DNA from: Octopus sinensis
Taxonomy: Eukaryota
Assembly: GCF_006345805.1 (NCBI RefSeq)
Contig: NC_042999.1
Location: forward strand, 84,878,001-84,942,000
Direction of reading: 5' to 3'
DNA length: 64,000 nucleotides
Shown here piece after piece: positions 42,495-56,243 of this stretch; positions within the stretch are counted from its first letter, which is position 1, and each line of letters opens with the position of its first letter. The position numbers were made by a program, and so were the translations under genes. The notes under the pieces are model-generated. The model saw only the letters and a list, made by a program, of their open reading frames with translations. It searched no databases and was not told the DNA's origin.

Positions 42495-44300
42495 GCACTG
42501 ACATCATTCTGTATTATTATATTGCTATTTCGCAACATGTCATACGCTCGGTAATTGATAATGTGAAAGTTTAAAATAAAAACAAAGAATGCAAAAACAA
42601 ATCGGAAATATCTTTAAGTCGCCAATTTTTATTAAACTATATTTCTAACAATGAATGGTGAGATGAAATCGATGCTTTCTTCGCCCGCTCTTTCCTTTAT
42701 CATTATACGGAATATATGCAGACATATAATGACAGACACTTGACTGCTGAACATGCCTTTGAATCTTAAACGCACGCACCACCGTCGTAGTCGATATCAT
42801 TCTCATTGAGTAAGACATCCATCTGGTGGTTATCTTGCAAGATGAGTTTAACATAAATTGTAAATCAGTCAAAAGCTGCTGATCACTCGTCACACGCAAC
42901 ATGCATACTAAATCAGGATCTAGATCAAATAACAAATGTTATCGGAGAAGACTGACTGGTGCAAGCAAGACGTTGAGTATTGAAGTGGTTTCATATTACA
43001 TTATTTAGATCTCTAGCAGCTTTTGAACCTGGTAGCAACGGAAAATAACAAAATTAATTTCTCTCGTTGATTACAAACTATTGCTGATGCCTACTGCTGT
43101 TGCTGTAGTTTAACTCCAAGTCGAAGCTGACTGAGTCGAAGCAACCTCAAAAGCAATCCAGCTGGCATCATCTCGTTGTAATTTTTATATATTTGTTCCT
43201 TGTATTATGAGTCCATCATCTTTTTGAGAACAAAAGGGCGTGACTAGAGAAAGATTCTATTGTTATTTCTTGATCTAGCTACAACACAGATGTTCCTTCG
43301 TTCTCTTCCAGCTTACAGTGATGACTTCTGCCAAAATGCGATACATGTTTACATATATGTACACTAACTGTAATATACTAGTACCTGTTTATTATACATT
43401 ACATTTTCTTCTATAATGATCACTAATGTAAGCTGGATAATTCGGTAGCTCGAGACTTCGAATTAGATGTAAACATAGAAAAGTAAGTCCACTGCGCATG
43501 TGAAAAAACCTACAGATGTGATTATACATGATCACTCGACCGGCTCTATGTATCCACTAGAACAAGGGAGATTTTTGGTAGGCATTTCCAGTAAGTTTAA
43601 AGATCACTTAGAGCTCGACTTTTGACTTAAGCCAAACTTCTTTTAGTTTGATATGATTTACCAAGCATATTTTCGCAGCTTTCTGAATACTACTAATGAT
43701 ATCTTATCACTGAGGTTCAAGGAACTCTCAAATATCAATTTTATATTCTTCTTTATGAATATACCCATTCCTATACTAATCTGTCACTCGGATTTCATCA
43801 CCATCCCTTGATATCAACATCTTCTCCTGGACGCATTTATAATGTTCATTTTTATAAACATTTGGTTCAAATCAATATGGATAGGTTCATATCGTGATAT
43901 GCTGCTTTCCTCTGCATCTTCATTAAGCATAGTGTATCTTCATTAAGCAAAGAGTGTTGTTGTTGTTTGTCCTCATCGTGAGGATCCCTTCCATTTTATA
44001 TCACGGATCTCATTGCCTAAAGTTTTCTTTTCCTTTTTAAGACCATAGCATGTGATTTTAGATATTTGGCTGCTATTTTTGGTAATTGGGTTGACACATA
44101 GAATGCTTCTCGTGGGTTTGTTCCATAGTTTCAGGTCTACGCTGATCGAACTGAAGTATAACTTAAAATATTTCAGAGTCATCAGTGATACAACAGTAGA
44201 GATCTTCCACCAAATACGACTTGATCCCGATCTTAAGACTACCGTCTCATGCAGCTAGTAATCACCCTTATAATCTGAGTTACTCACCAGTGGTGAAAGA

Positions 44301-44340
44301 CTTCCATCGCGTTTCAGGATTTGGCCTTCATCAAACGAAG
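44301..44340 (-). ncRNA. Degenerate minimal hammerhead-like motif
   Basis: CTTCGT-TTGATGA-AGG-CCAAAT-CCT-GAAA-CGCG-ATGGAAG. Confidence 0.45.
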
Positions 44341-45061
44341 GTCAAACCATAAATCATTATATTTTTCACTCTAAATAAAATTATCGAACTACCCGACAAA
44401 ATTTTCATAAGCAAATTTGGCATATTTGTTAGCTAATACGAACGTACGAACCGTCAACTAGAATCACACTGCTCTATACACCTAGATAAATCCATACAAA
44501 CCTAGGATATAATTCTTCCATTATAGCAAGGAAGTTGTCTTCGTAAAGAAAAGAAAAAATGGCCGGTAGTTCAGAATTCTATTCTAATATCATTATGTAT
44601 TAATCGCAGTTGCATACAACGGAATAAATCATAAATCATAGGTATATTTTCATTTTTTCTATTGTTATCCTAGAAGTTTTTCTCGAAGTTGTTCAAAATT
44701 TTATATATTGAATTTTACTTTATAAAATATTATACCAAACATAAAATTCTAGAGATAAATATATAAAATATCCATGCTGAAACCTTGGATCTTACACACA
44801 CACGCGCACACACACATGTGTACATGAATGCGTATATGAATACACATTTATATATGTACATATGTATACCTGTACATATGTATGTATCTATAACTGAAAT
44901 GCACATTTAGAATATATGTAAAACAAGCATATATAGATATATACATATATACATATATATATGCACATGCATATGCATGTATACATACGCATGCATATAC
45001 GTATATATTCATGTGTATATAAATATATATATGTGTGCATATGTATACACACACATACACT

Positions 45062-45184
<123 letters not shown>

Positions 45185-45577
45185 GCATATAAAAGAAAAT
45201 GTATTTAACTTAACCGTCATAAATTTCTTCTAATTCCCGAAGAAAAATGTAAGAGAAATCGAAAATATTCCACCTACCTTTGCAAGAAAATGTATGTAAT
45301 AAACTAAAGGAAATTAACTAAAAGTGACATAATTCTTTAAAATATTCTTTTCTTTTTAGTTGTATTTCCATTAAGTGTTTATGTTTCTAGTGCTTTTTTT
45401 TCCGTTACAAAACTGTGGTGAGAAAAATAGGTTTCTATGAATATAATATTTCGATGAGAAACTAAAGATGGGTAATGAATTTTTTAAAAAGAAAAAGAAA
45501 AAAGAAATTATTATTATATATTTAAAAAATACGTAGTAGATACAGAAGCAGTAGTTATGTGTGAGAGTGCCTGTGTA

Positions 45578-45610
<33 letters not shown>

Positions 45611-45869
45611 GTCTGCATGTGTATGTGTGGAGAAGGTATACAGGTATGTCAGTTCACACACACAAACACATACACAAATATATGTGAGTGTGTGTTAACA
45701 TATATGTATGTATGTATGTACGTATGTATGTATGTATGTATGTATGTATGTAGGGACGTACGTACAGTTTAATATCTTAACGAATAAACTATAAAATTTC
45801 GTATATGTAAATAGTTATGTATGTGATAAATCGTCAAACAATAACCATGCAAAGAATGTGTGTGTGTGT

Positions 45870-45902
<33 letters not shown>

Positions 45903-46404
45903 ATGTATAGAAAAATAGATACAGATATTAATAGAAGGAAAGATGATGATCCATAGCTCTTCTTTACATCTGATTCAAAAATTCAGACGTAGATAATGGT
46001 GCAATAAAACAGAGAAAAACAAAAGTTGATATTTAACATATCCCTAACCCTTTTTGCCAGTTGAAGGAAGGCATATACAATATATATTTATGTAACATTT
46101 TTATAAAAGTTCTGAAGGTATACCATGATTATCTTCTTCCCTCTGAATGTATGTCTCTGTATCATATACAAATTTCATATGATCTATATCTACTTGACTC
46201 TCTTTTGTCTTTATTTTTATATGCTCGACCAGTGAATGTTACCTTACAAACTTTTGTTCCACTGGACTATTTTACCATGATTAAGACGCTGGATTTTTAG
46301 AAACAAATCTTGTTCGAGCAGCATTCATTCCGTTCTTCATCTACTCTGCCACTGCGACATCTCCTTACCCATTATGTGTATATATATATACGAATTTTTT
46401 GGGT

Positions 46405-46498
46405 AATAAGATAAAAAAAACCAAGGGTGTATAGATATTAGAGCATTTATAGATAAATGCTCTAATATCTACACAGACTTGGTTTCTTTTATCTCATT
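46405..46498. repeat. Fold-back palindrome, ~46-bp arms, 2-nt loop
   Basis: TAGATATTAGAGCATTTAT-AG-ATAAATGCTCTAATATCTA is perfect, and the outer arms pair with few mismatches. The arm resembles 10388-10414. Confidence 0.9.
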
Positions 46499-46675
46499 GC
46501 GCACAAAAATCGTATATACATACGCTGACAAAGAACCAACGTTGAACCTTTTATTCGCAATATTACCGAATCTGGAACCTAACTATGGTCTGTCTATAGC
46601 AGTTATTCAGCATTACCTGACACCTTTGAGTCTCGATGATGCCCTTATCTCTTATATATATATATGGGGGGGGGG

Positions 46676-46715
<40 letters not shown>

Positions 46716-47089
46716 TAAGCATTTCCTTCAGTAGCGTAATAAATACCAGAAACAATCTAAATATTCACCCTGGTGATCAAATCATTGCAGATGTACATAC
46801 TAAGGAAACTACCAACAATTTAAAGAAAATAAATAATGTTGATAACAAGACGAGGACCTGAAAAAAATTGAAGAACAAATAATCGCTGAATGGATCAACA
46901 TCCTAAATATGGACATGAAGGAAATTAGAGACCTTCCTAAAATTCACAATAGTGAAAACAATGAACAGGATAGAAGACAGTGGAGATGTTCATCAAAACG
47001 TATAAAATTAAATTATAAGCAAATTATTAAAAAGTATTAAAAAGAAAATTATAAGCAAATTATTAAAAGGAAGTATCAACAAAGAAAAA

Positions 47090-47650
47090 TATTCGGCTGT
47101 CACTTCCAGGTCCTACAGGGGCTTGCTGTGAATGGGACCGTACATTCGGGACAAATTCAATACTCTTTCTATAAATTTACATATTTTACCTGTACTGCCA
47201 TGCTTGTCGCTGTTCTTGAGATGTTTCTATCGTTTGTCTGATATGTATGTGTGTTCTTTTCTTTTCTTTTTTTTGTAGATAGATATGATTCTTACATCTT
47301 TGCATTATTACATCACTGCTTTTATATGACTCTATTGTGTGAAAATGCAGAACAATGCTATTGTTTTAATGTTATGTGGTTGAGGCAATCAAAGTATATT
47401 GTCTCTATATATTTAGCTGCATCGGTGCACCCATTTTGTTGCAGTTTTTGTGCTGTTAACTGCCATATAATAGTTTATTCTATTGTTATGTGTTTATTCT
47501 TAGAAATATTTTCTAGTTCTTTCAGGGAAGTAGTTTCGTTTGCTGCAATTGAAATATCTATAATCATAAATGTTTTGTTTCTACGCCCCTTCATAATGGT
47601 CTCTGGTCTTTTGACTTCATCACTTTGTTAATATACAACTGTTTCTCATT
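47090..47650 (-). mobile_element. Degenerate RLE-LINE 3' fragment
   Basis: KRPETIMKGRRNKTFMIIDISIAANETTSLKELENISKNKHITIE*TIIWQL (RPD..ID..KE..K). Confidence 0.65.
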
Positions 47651-48999
47651 TTATTATCGTTATTGTATTTGTTATAGGAGGAAAGCAGGAAGTAAAATTA
47701 TTCCATCTGTTATCCTGTTCCAAGTTTTGTAGGCTTGCCAATGTTGATGCCAATTTGAATAGCTAACAACACTATTGAACCTCTTCGTGTACTCTTTTTT
47801 ATATATATTAATGAGGCAGCCCCATACAATATGGTCGATTATTTGAAGGAGTGTGAGAAAGAAGAAAACACAATAGAAGTAAGGAGAAATGAAAAGAAAA
47901 AGAAACGAGAATGACTGAGGCAGTTGTATTCTGTTACAGCACAATTTATCTGTAAGACTTGAAAACGAAAACAAAAATGAAACCCTAGTAAGAAAAATAT
48001 TGTAAAGATACGTTAAAGAAAACCAAAATTTTAAAGGCGATGTGTAAAATAAATACAGCCAATGAGGAAGAGAAAAGAAATAGACAAGAACAGTTGCAAA
48101 CGTGATGAGAACAAGGTTATTTGTCAAATACAAGTTGGGTCAGTGATAGAGAATATCAAAACGGCAATCTGTAAACGGAAAACATAATTGAGTAATTATT
48201 CCAAGAAATTGCTTTAGGCATAGCAAAATAGCAGAGAAATGTAAGGAAAGAAAAGTAGGAAATATAGTGTTAAAGTTTCTTGTGTATTTCTGGCACATGT
48301 ATTTCTTTGCCGTGCATTTTTTGTTCATGTTATAGTTGCATGTTGCTGTTGTTTCTTCGTTTCTTGTAATTGTTGTCCTTTTAAACGACGACGAAGATGG
48401 TGGTGGTGGTGGTGCTGCTGCTGCTAGTGGTGATGAAAACCAGGTGCGAGACTACGATGTCGATGATAGTCATTTGTTTATCTCAAGTAGTGGCACTCAC
48501 AACAACCTCTACTTTATGCAAGACTTCGGAGAGACAGAGAGAGAGAGGCGGGGAGAGAGAGCGAGAGAGAGTCGGTAACAAATGTGGTTTCAGTGTCACG
48601 CTAATCAATTTGTTTCCAGTCGGATAGATCATCGCCACTTGGCGGCTATCGCCGGGCAGCAGAGTCTGTTCGATGTTCAGATAAAATGACCACCAAACGG
48701 AACCGTTTCGAATGACTTGCTCGGTCTGTCAAGATTGAATTTTCGCATTTGTTCTGTATATATTGATTTTCGAACCACAACTACAGAAACTGAACGATTT
48801 AAGGAGAAATTTGCTCGAACTGGGACAAGGAGGAGCCATGTTTCCACATGCCAGCAACATCTCCCTAATTATAGTAGCAGACAACACAGAAGTCAAGATG
48901 TTCGACCTTAATCTAAAGGAATACGAGACAATGACAAAAGCAAGGTGACACTTGGATACGTCGGTGGACTTTGGACCGAACAGATGACCCAGATAAGTT

Positions 49000-49240
49000 A
49001 CAGTTAAATTCTATATGTAAGAGATGAGGAATTACGTACACTCTTTACATTATTTACATTTGACGGGTTATTATTATTATTCAGGTCAATGCCTGGAATC
49101 GAACTCGGAATCTTGGGGTTAGTAGCTCGCGCTATTGACCACTATGCCATATGCTCGTGAGCAATTATGGAGTGATTTATAAGATCTAAAATATCCGTCA
49201 AATGTAAATAATGTACATCATCTCTTAAATAAAGAACTGT
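49000..49240 (-). mobile_element. tRNA-like pol III unit (49068-49155) enclosed by inverted repeats
   Basis: A-box TGGCATAGTGG, B-box GAGTTCGATTCC, (TAA)n tail. Perfect 21-bp IR at 49046-49066/49195-49215 with imperfect outer extension. Confidence 0.75.
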
Positions 49241-49791
49241 ATTACAGACGTTACATATTCCATATGCTACTACCTTATTATTGGTTTCAATAATAGAAGG
49301 CCAGTAATGAATAATAATAGAACCCCGAGAACGTAAAGACGGACAAAATGCCGCTAAGCATTTTGCCCTGTGTGCTAACGATTCTGCCAGCTCGTTGCTT
49401 TGTACCGCCTTAATATTGCGTCGTATTCCATTCCTCAAAAGTTCACTTCTTATAAAAAGAACCAATTCCACTGGTCAGGTGGTCTTTCTCTGTTGAGAGA
49501 TTCGACATATCGCAACAGGTAACGCATTGACATGAGCTGAGGTAGTGGCAGCTACAAAAATTCCAAGACGGCGAGCAGGCTTAGTTGCTTTTGCCAGACA
49601 CGAATTTTTTTTTCGAAGTTCGTCTCTTCGCTGAAGTCATTTTGTCAAACGTCTGAGGTTATTTATTTTCTGTATTGTTTTATTTTTGCAAAACCCTATA
49701 ATGTGCTCAATTTTTTCTACTGTCCTCACTGTCTTTAAACCTTTGTATTTAATAAAGGTCATCATCACCATAAACTTCATCATCTTGATTA

Positions 49792-49988
49792 AAGCTGCGA
49801 GGTGGCAAAATTGATAGCACGCCGGACAAAGTGCTTAGCGACATTTCGTTCGTCTTTACATTTTGAAGTCGACTTTGCGTTTCATCTTTTCGAGAACGGT
49901 AAACTAAATACCACTGAAACACTGAGGTCGATGTAATCGACTATGCCTTTCCCCAAAAATTCAGGCCTTGTGCCTTTAGTAGAAAGGA

Positions 49989-49990
<2 letters not shown>
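49792..49990 (+). mobile_element. SINE family C monomer
   Basis: Reverse complement of the 54168-54602 type sequence. Other copies at 1-70, 49322-49400, 50441-50650, 56510-56680, 60305-60475. Confidence 0.75.
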
Positions 49991-50020
<30 letters not shown>

Positions 50021-50133
50021 CTTCTTCTTCTTCTTCTTCTTCTCTTCTTCTTCTCTTCTTCTTCTTCTTCTTCTTCTCTCTTCTTCTTCTTCTTCTTCTT
50101 CTTCTTCTCTTCTTCTTCTTCTTCTTCTTCTTC

Positions 50134-50203
<70 letters not shown>
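49991..50203. repeat. (CTT)n followed by (TTA)n
   Basis: Direct reading. Confidence 0.95.
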
Positions 50204-50204
50204 T

Positions 50205-50443
50205 GAGTGAGAGAGCAGTGCATGCCATCAAAGTGACGCCGGGTTAAAATATACGAACCCCAGTAAACCCATCATGACTACCCGTCTGATAAAGGTACAT
50301 CAGGCACATGCATCGCAACCATATGTGCGCGACATGGTGATCTCATATCAAGATAAGCAGCGTGAGATCTTGCAGGTGGGGACCAGTTAGAATTTTCTTC
50401 ACGTCGAGTAGCCCATCCCGCTCAAATGGCCCTTGAATAAAGG
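50205..50443 (-). mobile_element. Non-coding TAA-flanked retroelement, copy 3 (3' ~240 nt only)
   Basis: Matches 2857-3095. 3' end at (TAA)n. Confidence 0.85.
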
Positions 50444-51956
50444 CTTTGAGCTGACAGGATCGCTACCACACCAAACAAAATGCTAAGCAGTATTTAATCC
50501 GGTCTTAGGTTTTGACTTTTAAATTTCACCTTGTAGATTTTGCCTTTAATCCTTTCAAGATCAATGAAATAAGTGCTAGTTGAGCACTGATCGACTAGCC
50601 CACTCGCCAAATATCACTGACCTTGTATCAAGGCTAAAAACCATTGTTATTATTGACAGAAACCGTAGCGAATAAAAAAAACGTAGCAGAGGCCATATCA
50701 AAATGTTTTGATGTATTTAATTATGTTCTGAGTCACCCGTTACATTAAATTTGAGTATCTTGTGTCTACTAATCTTGCATCATTAAACCAGAAGCCTTAC
50801 ACCATTTAGTTTAATTTCTCTGCTTTTTGATATTCAGTTATATTTCTGGAATCATCAAACTATGCCCTAGTCTAAAAATTTTGTTCAGTCAACAACATTG
50901 TTCGACTGATTGGCCACTGCTATCTAGCATGTTTTCTAATATCTGATAGCCACATTACACAGCAGCGTTAGCACGACGATCAGCATAAATAATCACATGT
51001 CGGAAGCATTAGATATCGTTCACTCGATTAGACACAAGTTTACATTTCACATTTTCATTATGCCCAACGTTTGAGCCTTCAGTTGAAGTTCAATGGAGCA
51101 TACTGCTCTAGTTGGAATATATTTGGCTAGTTAGTGCAATAGCAATCAGAATATAGACGCATAATTCCATTCAAGCCAACTTTTTCAATCATTGGACAGA
51201 AAAGTGCCGAGAACTTGATTCTATTTGGAGATCAATGTGGTTAGAAACTGAGATGAAATAACAACTAAGATATTGAATCCTATCCAAAAGTTAACCGAGC
51301 GGAATTTGTTCTTGGAAGATTAAGTGAATTTGGAGGATGTTACTTTCTTTAAAAATTCTATCCGTAAGCACTTACTATTCCACAGGAGTCTCGAATTTCT
51401 CTGTTTGCTAATGCACATCGGATATAACATTGTGAAAGAACTACAGTCTATCAACAAATATAATTATAGGCGCTCTATTCTGCTACGCTCTCACAATACT
51501 CATATTAACAGAGAAATGCAGTTAGTAGAACTTCAGCAAAATATGACTGACTTTGTTTTCATAATATATTCTAGATGTTTAAGAGGATAAACTTTAGATC
51601 CTTTTTCAGAGAACATAGAAGTTGGAGAGGACAGTCAGTTCAGAGTACGCCCTAAGGACATCGAAGTGCTATCTGCCACTATACGTTTACGATTACAAGA
51701 GGATGAAATTAAATCCACTAATCTGGCGCACGTATAGTTCTTTGGGCATGTGTTATGTTGCTAGTATGTTTAGGAAGGATCTGGCTGTCAACCAAAATCT
51801 TAATGAAGATAATCCTATAACTTGGCTTTGGATAGAACAGTCACAGTAATTTACTTTGAGTGCGGAGAATGGTAGAAGAGATCGATAAAACAGATTTTGA
51901 ACTTGTCAATCAGTGTACTTATAAACGAAAAACTATATTTTCATTTATAGTGTGTA

Positions 51957-52232
51957 TAGGCGCGGATATGGGTTTGTCGTTAAGCGGCTTACTTTGAAAC
52001 TTCATGATTTCGGGTTCAGTCTCGCTGTGTGGCAGCTTGGGACATGTGATCCTTGTTATAATCTCGATATGTGCCTTATGAAAGAAACTCTGTGGAAGAC
52101 TACCATATATAAGTGGATCTGTCTATCTTTGTGTTTGTGTTTTTACCCTACCACTACTTGACAACCGGTGTTGCTTTGTTTACATACCTGTGACCTAGCA
52201 ATCTAGCAAAGCGGCGATAGAATAAGTACCAT
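51957..52232 (+). mobile_element. Degenerate SINE family A
   Basis: Head, CORE-like segment and CTTGACAACCGGTGTTG..GATAGAATAAGTAC. Confidence 0.7.
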
Positions 52233-52239
52233 ACTCGCA

Positions 52240-53215
52240 AAACAAAACATAAGTGACACGTAACGCCACAACCCTGGCCAAGCACGAATGGTCATTGAAA
52301 GACAGTGATACCGAGTACAGCATAAAGTGGAAGATCCTAAAGAAATGTAACACGTACTTCAATAGCAGCAGGAGGTGCAGATTATGCCTGGCTGAGAAAG
52401 GAGCGATTTTAAAGAGCTCCCAGCACCCAGGCGTTTACCTGAATAACAGAAGTGAAATGTTTAATCCTAGCCCACATGAAAGGAAGTATATTCTATCATA
52501 CCTACGTATCTCCTCTTGGCTATAACCACCACTCTTCCAACTTTAGTCCACCACCAATACCTGGCTGTCTGGCTAAGAATTTGACCAAAACATACACTAA
52601 CGCACCCACAAACAAACATACATGCCCCATGTCAGCGTACACCCACCCAATACACTTTCCACCACACCCCACCCCAATATAAGCTCCCCCACATATATAT
52701 TGCACCACTACATACACTGCATACATATATGTCACACGAATTTAGCCAAAACATGAAATAATAGAAACACACTAACGAACACAGACGTGTATGCCCCCAC
52801 CACACACTCACACAAACAGACATACACCGCAAAGGCTATAGATATAGTACCACTATGCACATTCCGTTTCCACAAGAATACCAACCTTAATGACACACAC
52901 ATTTCTCACAAGCTGTTTTCCAGAAACCTCTTGCTGCCTTACAAAAAAACACCCACTGAGACTGCTTTTGATACCAAGGGACATAACTCTTAACTTAATT
53001 TCCTATTCGATTCGTTTCATCTTTTTTCACAGCAACCACAAACCAGTTGTATCTTTTCACCTCCAGCAATAGAGAGCAGTCGCCATATTTCATTCCATAA
53101 CGGTTACCTCTGAAGACCACAGGGTTACATAACTGGATTGTTAACTAATATTCCGTTGAACCCCAGTGCGAAACCGATTGATAAAATCGGCTATAATGGA
53201 TAATGTACACTTCGA

Positions 53216-53218
<3 letters not shown>
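52240..53218 (+). mobile_element. Penelope-like element 3' portion: GIY-YIG endonuclease C-terminus, C/A-rich 3' region, hammerhead-like motif
   Basis: TTLAKHEWSLK..YSIKWKIL..Y..CRLCLAEK..I..LNNRSE..H..K. CTGAAGA..GAAAC at 53110-53174. Ends at (TA)n. Confidence 0.8.
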
Positions 53219-53266
<48 letters not shown>

Positions 53267-54167
53267 TCCTTTCTCTAGCTCTTTTTTCTCCTCTTCACCG
53301 TTTTCTATCTATCTTTCACCCTCTATCTCCTTTACTCTCTCTCGTTGCTACACATGACCATGCGTTTTTTCCTGGGGTTTTTTGTTCTTTTTTTATCTCT
53401 TTATTTCTCTTCTAGTATCCAAAGAAAATTATGTTCGAAAAGTTATAACTTTTATTCAATAACTTTTATTTCTTGAGCATCAACCGAATATCATCTGGGA
53501 ACGTTTCGATAACTTTTGTTTTTATTTTTTATTTGTATTTGATTTTTGTCCTCTCCCTTTCTCTATTTCTGTCTCTCGATATATATATAGAGAGAAAGAC
53601 TGAAACAGTCAGACAGACAGGGATACAGCAGAATGTCGCAGGTATGATTATGTGGTTAAACAGTTTGCTTTGCAATCATATATTTATGGATTCGATCCGT
53701 CTGTATGGCATCTTGGGCAAGTGTCTTTATCATAGCTCGACTCACACCGTGCTACTGATATATATATATATATTATATATATATATATATATATAATATA
53801 TATATATATATAGATATATATATATATATATAACAGCAGCATTGTTTTACGTCGAGTCCCATGCTGGGACGAATCATCGCGGTCCAATTCACTTTTATTC
53901 AGAGGACCGTGTCTCACTCTTGCGTTTTACTTCGACATAGTTTCAGCGGTTGGATACCATTCATAACACTAACAACTTTACTGAGTGCATTTTGCAGCAG
54001 GACCACCACTGGAGATGTTGTCTTCTTATCACCAAAACAAGAGACTATGTTGGATCCATTCGTTCACCACTGTTGTACATGTTGTTCTTCATTGTGACAA
54101 CAGCATTGTGATTGGAGTGAGTGCAGAAGGCGTATGAGACAGTATGATTGTATAAAGAGAGGTCTAT

Positions 54168-54602
54168 TATCTTTTCTACTCTAGGCACAAGGTCCGAAAA
54201 TTTTGAGGAGGGGGTCAGTCGATTAGATCGACCCCAATACGCAACTGGTACTTAATTTATCGACCTCGACAGGATGAAAGGCAAAGTCGACCTTAGCGGA
54301 ATTTGAACTCAAAATGTAAAGACAGACGAAATGCCGATAAATATTTCACCCGGCGTGATAACGTTTCTTATTTCTTTATTGCCCACAAGAGGCTAAACAT
54401 AGAGGGGACAAACAAGGACGGACAAAGGGATTGAGTCGATTATATCGACCCCAGTACGTAACTGGTACTTACTTAATCGAGCCCGAAAGGATGAAAGGCA
54501 AAGACGACCTCGGCGGAATTTGAACACAGAACGTAGCGGCAGACGAAATACCGCTAAGCATTTCGCCGGGCGTGCTAACGTTTCTGCCAGCTCTCCGCCT
54601 TG
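54168..54602 (-). mobile_element. Dimeric SINE family C with 12-bp TSD
   Basis: Two tandem related units with B-box-like GTTCAAATTCC. AGAGAGGTCTAT at 54156-54167 and 54603-54614. Confidence 0.9.
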
Positions 54603-56205
54603 AGAGAGGTCTATAATGGCAGAGGGTATGAAATGGAATGAGTAGATAGTTGCAGAAATTGACTGTGATAAGCGTGTGATAGATATTAAAGAATGCTCTT
54701 AGGTTGAGGCATTATTGGTTAGAAGAGCAGATTAATGTTACATGTTAAAAAAGAGTTGAAGTTGTTAAAAGTGGAAATAACGACGAGGAGGAAGTGCTGG
54801 GTACCTTAGGGAGCGATTGTAACTTGCAGTACCTGGTATCGAAAAATGTGTAACAATTATTTATGTAAACAATATAAAGAAGTAGAAGAACAGACGAATA
54901 TAGATGGTGTTAGAAGTATACACACGCGCACACAGACACACATACATACATACATACAGAGTTTATATAGATAGAGTTAGGAAGAGAGAGAGAATATGAG
55001 AGAGATACAGATGGTGATAGAAAGGATATGTGTGTTTATTATTTGACTACCTCAAAATGAAAGTTTGACATAAACGAGTGAAAATAAAAGCAATACAAGA
55101 GCAAAGTTTTACTCTTTCACCTCCTATTTCAATATTTCTCCTTTACGAAGAGGAAATAAAGAATGAGCTTTGCTCTGATATGTCAGATATTAGGAGATTG
55201 TGCGTTGCGATATGCGCAGATTAGTAATGTTATGTTACATAATTTACTTCACATAAATTGACTGTTGTTGACGGCGTGATTTTATTTTTTTTTAATAACC
55301 TTCAAATTTCATATATTCCGTTCTGTGACTTTGATGTTGACCACAATATTGCTATTATGACCGCTCTTTAGATGTTTGCTAACAAAAGCAATATTTGCGT
55401 GGATGAGATTTTAACAACAATATCATAGAGTTTGCGAGCGGTATTTCTGGCGAAGAAGACAAGCTATATCTATTAAATGCTATGTATTGCACCACGTAAG
55501 CCAGTCAACACATAACCACGGCTTATTTGGGCTCATACATTGTTCTTATACGTGAGTCAATTCCTAGAATGCACCAGCCATATATTGAGTCTCTCCCTTC
55601 GGACCGCCTGGCGAAATGCTAGTGATTCCATTATCAAAATGCACCTGCTTTGGAAAGTCTTATCCTTAGAGATGCGAACCTTTTGAGGTGGGCTCAATCC
55701 TCGCTTGGTCCATTAACAGACTTTCGAACTGTTTCTTTGGGTGAGGTTCTATATCATCTCTACTTTATTTGTTGTTTATACAGGTAGTTTTAATTGGTAA
55801 GTAGTTGACAATAGCACTTGTTGGTAGAGATACACATAACAATTTCTGCAAACGGTTTTCCTTTCAGAGCAGCTATCAATAGATCTCTTTTCTTAGATTT
55901 TGAGCAGAAAATCGAGCAGTGAGTAATGATCCAGTGTCATTGACATGTTATATTTAGAAGTCTATTCTCATTTAAAATATCCACATATTCTGATCGCCCT
56001 CTCTCGAGAAGTCAGATTGAAGGTATCACTCACATAACTTTGATAACAAGGAGCACGAGTAGCAGATGCTTTGAATTTTAATGTTCGTTATGACCGTCTT
56101 TTGGTTTTAAAATGTGCTGTAGAAAGAAGATGGTATGTTCGCTCTCTCTCTCTCTCTCGATCTCTCTCATTCTCTCACTCTCTCTCTCTCTCTCTCTGTC
56201 TCACT

Positions 56206-56243
<38 letters not shown>

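Noticed and set aside
48763-48948. 61-aa plus-strand ORF with natural-looking composition
   Set aside because: No recognisable domain or flanking splice support, and the antisense frame is equally open
49081-49155. Functional tRNA gene
   Set aside because: Acceptor and anticodon stems do not pair, and the TAA tail indicates a retroposed unit
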